Below are positions 35,036 through 36,692 of a stretch of 36,692 nucleotides of DNA, in pieces. The position numbers and the translations under genes are program-made. This stretch comes from a virus. Its lineage: Duplodnaviria; Caudoviricetes. The stretch is from positions 1 to 36,692 of the IMG/VR virus record IMGVR_UViG_3300036985_003812. One strand, given 5' to 3'. The notes below the pieces were generated by a model. It was not told the DNA's origin, did not search any database, and saw only the letters and a list, made by a program, of their open reading frames with translations. Within the stretch, counting starts at the first letter, position 1. Each line of letters begins with the position of its first letter.

Positions 35036-36052
35036 CTAACGAGGCTGGATTCCCATACCTTGAAGAGAACTGAATGTTGGATACCCATCGTTGCCAAGGG
35101 GTAAGGACGGGCCGCTCACGGGAGCGGAGTTACTTAACACTGTTCCCGGTGCGTTGAAGCTGGGATCAGTTCTGGGGTTCGCAAAAGCCTGTTGTGCCCA
35201 CGGTTCAACCGGAGGTGCGACAGAGGGTGTTTCAGGTGTCAGGTGCGGGGTCGCCACCGAGAGAGCATACGTGTGAATCTGGTCCAGAGAGAGACCGGCT
35301 CTGCGAGCCATCTCCCATGCTTCGCCATACGCCTTGCACGCCGGAGTTGGGACCTCCTTACCAGAGGCGTCCGTTGTGTAGAGCTTGGCCTTGTTCTCGC
35401 TGACCCAGTTCTTGTCCACTCTCGGAGCAGACGCTTGGAACTGTTCCAGCAATTCTTGATTCTGTCGTGTAAGTTGATCAACTCTTTGTTGCAGCGGATC
35501 AAGCTGTTGCTTGAAAACGTCTGCCCCATACTTACCGATAAACGCCGCCGGGTCAGCGAGTTCAGCCTGTCGGGCCTGAGCCTCCATCACCGATCGGTTC
35601 AACTGTTGAGCCAGTTCAGTAGCCATTGGGTTTGAGGCAACCCACTGACCACTCTGCAGCGACAACCAGCCCTGTTGCTGGAAGACCGTTGCCATCTTTG
35701 TCAGGTCCGCCGCAGGAGCCGCCGGGGCTGTCTGTGGTGGAGGTGTTTCCGGTTTGACAGAAGCTGTCTTTTCGTACTGCTCAACCTGGTTCGCCAGGGT
35801 CTCAGCAGTTCCGTAAAGAGCTTCGATCAGGTCTCTGTCGTTGTTGAACTGACCGGCGTTGACTCGACCAGCCCGTTCAAGTTCATCCAGATAAGTTCTT
35901 TGGACTGGAGGACCCCCACCGCCCGGCTGTGAAGCCGGGACGGCGGGTTGAGTCGCTCCCCCAGACGGAGCATTCAGTGTATTAGGTGGTGTCGTTGCTG
36001 CAGTTTGGAGGTCAGCGAACGAGGGTACGGCAGGGGTTACGAAGTCAGCCAT
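35036..36052 (-). CDS. Capsid scaffolding protein
   Basis: 338 aa; Pro/Ala/Gln-rich termini with central coiled coils; immediately upstream of the capsid gene. Confidence 0.65.
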   Translation of the reverse strand: MADFVTPAVPSFADLQTAATTPPNTLNAPSGGATQPAVPASQPGGGGPPVQRTYLDELERAGRVNAGQFNNDRDLIEALYGTAETLANQVEQYEKTASVKPETPPPQTAPAAPAADLTKMATVFQQQGWLSLQSGQWVASNPMATELAQQLNRSVMEAQARQAELADPAAFIGKYGADVFKQQLDPLQQRVDQLTRQNQELLEQFQASAPRVDKNWVSENKAKLYTTDASGKEVPTPACKAYGEAWEMARRAGLSLDQIHTYALSVATPHLTPETPSVAPPVEPWAQQAFANPRTDPSFNAPGTVLSNSAPVSGPSLPLGNDGYPTFSSLQGMGIQPR

Positions 36053-36065
36053 TGAACGTTACCTT

Positions 36066-36075
36066 GTCTGGGGGA
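36066..36075 (-). promoter_or_regulatory. TCCCCCAGAC intergenic motif, copy 3
   Basis: Lies immediately 5' of the SD (AAGGT) of the first gene of the structural operon. Confidence 0.45.
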
Positions 36076-36147
36076 AACAATTGACAAGTGCATGAGATCG
36101 AACTGTGTCTGGACTCACAACGCTGATTCCCATACAAACATGTTGAT

Positions 36148-36183
36148 TTCGGTTTGTTCGGCTTTGTCGGTTTTACCGGTACT
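36148..36183 (+). promoter_or_regulatory. Four 9-bp-phased direct repeats (candidate operator)
   Basis: TTCGGTTTG TTCGGCTTT GTCGGTTTT ACCGGTACT; CGG at 36150, 36159, 36168 and 36177. Confidence 0.45.
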
Positions 36184-36200
36184 CGCTCCCAGAGACCCTG

Positions 36201-36437
36201 ATGAATGCAACGATGGTGACCCCCAAAGAGATCGTGGGCCTGCTGGCGAAGCATGGTATTCACGTCTGCCCCGACACTGTTCGCAACTGGTGTACGCGAG
36301 GGCTCGCCAATAAAAAAAGCCCCAAGCTGCGTTACCGGCTTGAGGCTATTAGGATTGGTGGAAGGATCTACGTTATGAAGAAATCTCTGGAGGTGTGGAT
36401 ACCTCTGATTCAGGGAGTGATGGAGGGGTCGCTATAA
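36201..36437 (+). CDS. MerR/excisionase-like HTH DNA-binding protein (DUF1580-like)
   Basis: TPKEI...PDTVRNWCTRGL...RLEAIRIGGRIYV; divergent from the structural operon; start may be ATG 36213. Confidence 0.8.
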   Translation: MNATMVTPKEIVGLLAKHGIHVCPDTVRNWCTRGLANKKSPKLRYRLEAIRIGGRIYVMKKSLEVWIPLIQGVMEGSL

Positions 36438-36467
36438 AAACCCTCCGATTTCGCTCATTCCACATTA

Positions 36468-36692
36468 TCAAATCACCGTTGGTGCCGCTATCTGTATCAC
36501 CATCGAGTACCTCAGCGGCCTCAAGTCCGCAATGCTCCAACAAACATTGATGAGTGTCGCTCCGATTCCAGGCACAACAGAATGCACGCCGCACATTACG
36601 CAGAATTCTGGTGTCCCGTCGTACCACGATTGCGGCGGCGGATTCTGGTCCGCAAGTTTCTTCAGCATCGCATTGTATTCGGCGGCTGGTAA
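36468..36692 (-). CDS. Possible 3' end of a gene entering from the right edge
   Basis: Frame open from the edge (LPAAEYNAMLKKLADQNPPPQSWYD...); no recognisable motif. Confidence 0.25.
   Translation of the reverse strand, partial: LPAAEYNAMLKKLADQNPPPQSWYDGTPEFCVMCGVHSVVPGIGATLINVCWSIADLRPLRYSMVIQIAAPTVI

Noticed and set aside
109-35932. Numerous plus-strand ORFs (e.g. 7168..8010, 24468..25175, 28286..28960)
   Set aside because: They are antisense shadows of well-supported minus-strand genes, with no motifs or coupling.
36081-36110. TTGACA as a sigma70 -35 box
   Set aside because: No acceptable -10 hexamer at 16-18 bp spacing.
36422-36446. GGAGGG/CCCTCC hairpin at the end of the HTH gene as a terminator
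   Set aside because: 6-bp stem with a 13-nt loop overlapping the CDS end and no clear U tract.
1-36692. Stop-codon reassignment, tRNAs, integrase or att sites
   Set aside because: Genes tile densely in the standard code using TAA, TAG and TGA stops; no cloverleaf or recombinase motif was seen, so phage versus prophage cannot be decided.

Overview
The window is the virion-morphogenesis (late) region of a tailed dsDNA phage or prophage. Nearly all real genes are on the minus strand and tightly coupled. The host is probably Planctomycetota; this is an inference from a DUF1580-like HTH gene and gene types I associate with planctomycete phages. In transcription order (right to left): scaffold, major capsid, cement, a Zn-finger protein (TerS candidate), an 858-aa polyvalent protein with two ADP-ribosyltransferase-like domains and an HExxH domain, terminase large subunit, portal, head-tail joining proteins, tail tube and baseplate-like proteins, a poly-Ser tail protein, a lectin-like protein, a lower-GC seven-gene glycosyltransferase/methyltransferase cassette, two large putative ejected proteins, two decoration-like proteins, and a lysis-position module (holin-like protein, hidden Zn finger, exported protein, papain-family C1 peptidase running off the left edge). 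Best candidates for new biology: (1) a phage-encoded virion glycosylation plus sugar-methylation system next to a ~90-residue poly-Ser acceptor candidate, including a GT-GT-MTase enzyme; (2) a ~78-aa N-terminal domain shared (~60% identity, hand-aligned) by two otherwise unrelated giant proteins 24 kb apart, possibly a capsid-loading/ejection tag; (3) a protease-based lysis-position module; (4) a repeated intergenic 10-mer and a 9-bp-phased repeat beside the HTH gene. All functional calls come from motif recognition and gene context; no searches were run. I found no tRNA, rRNA, CRISPR array, integrase or transposase.
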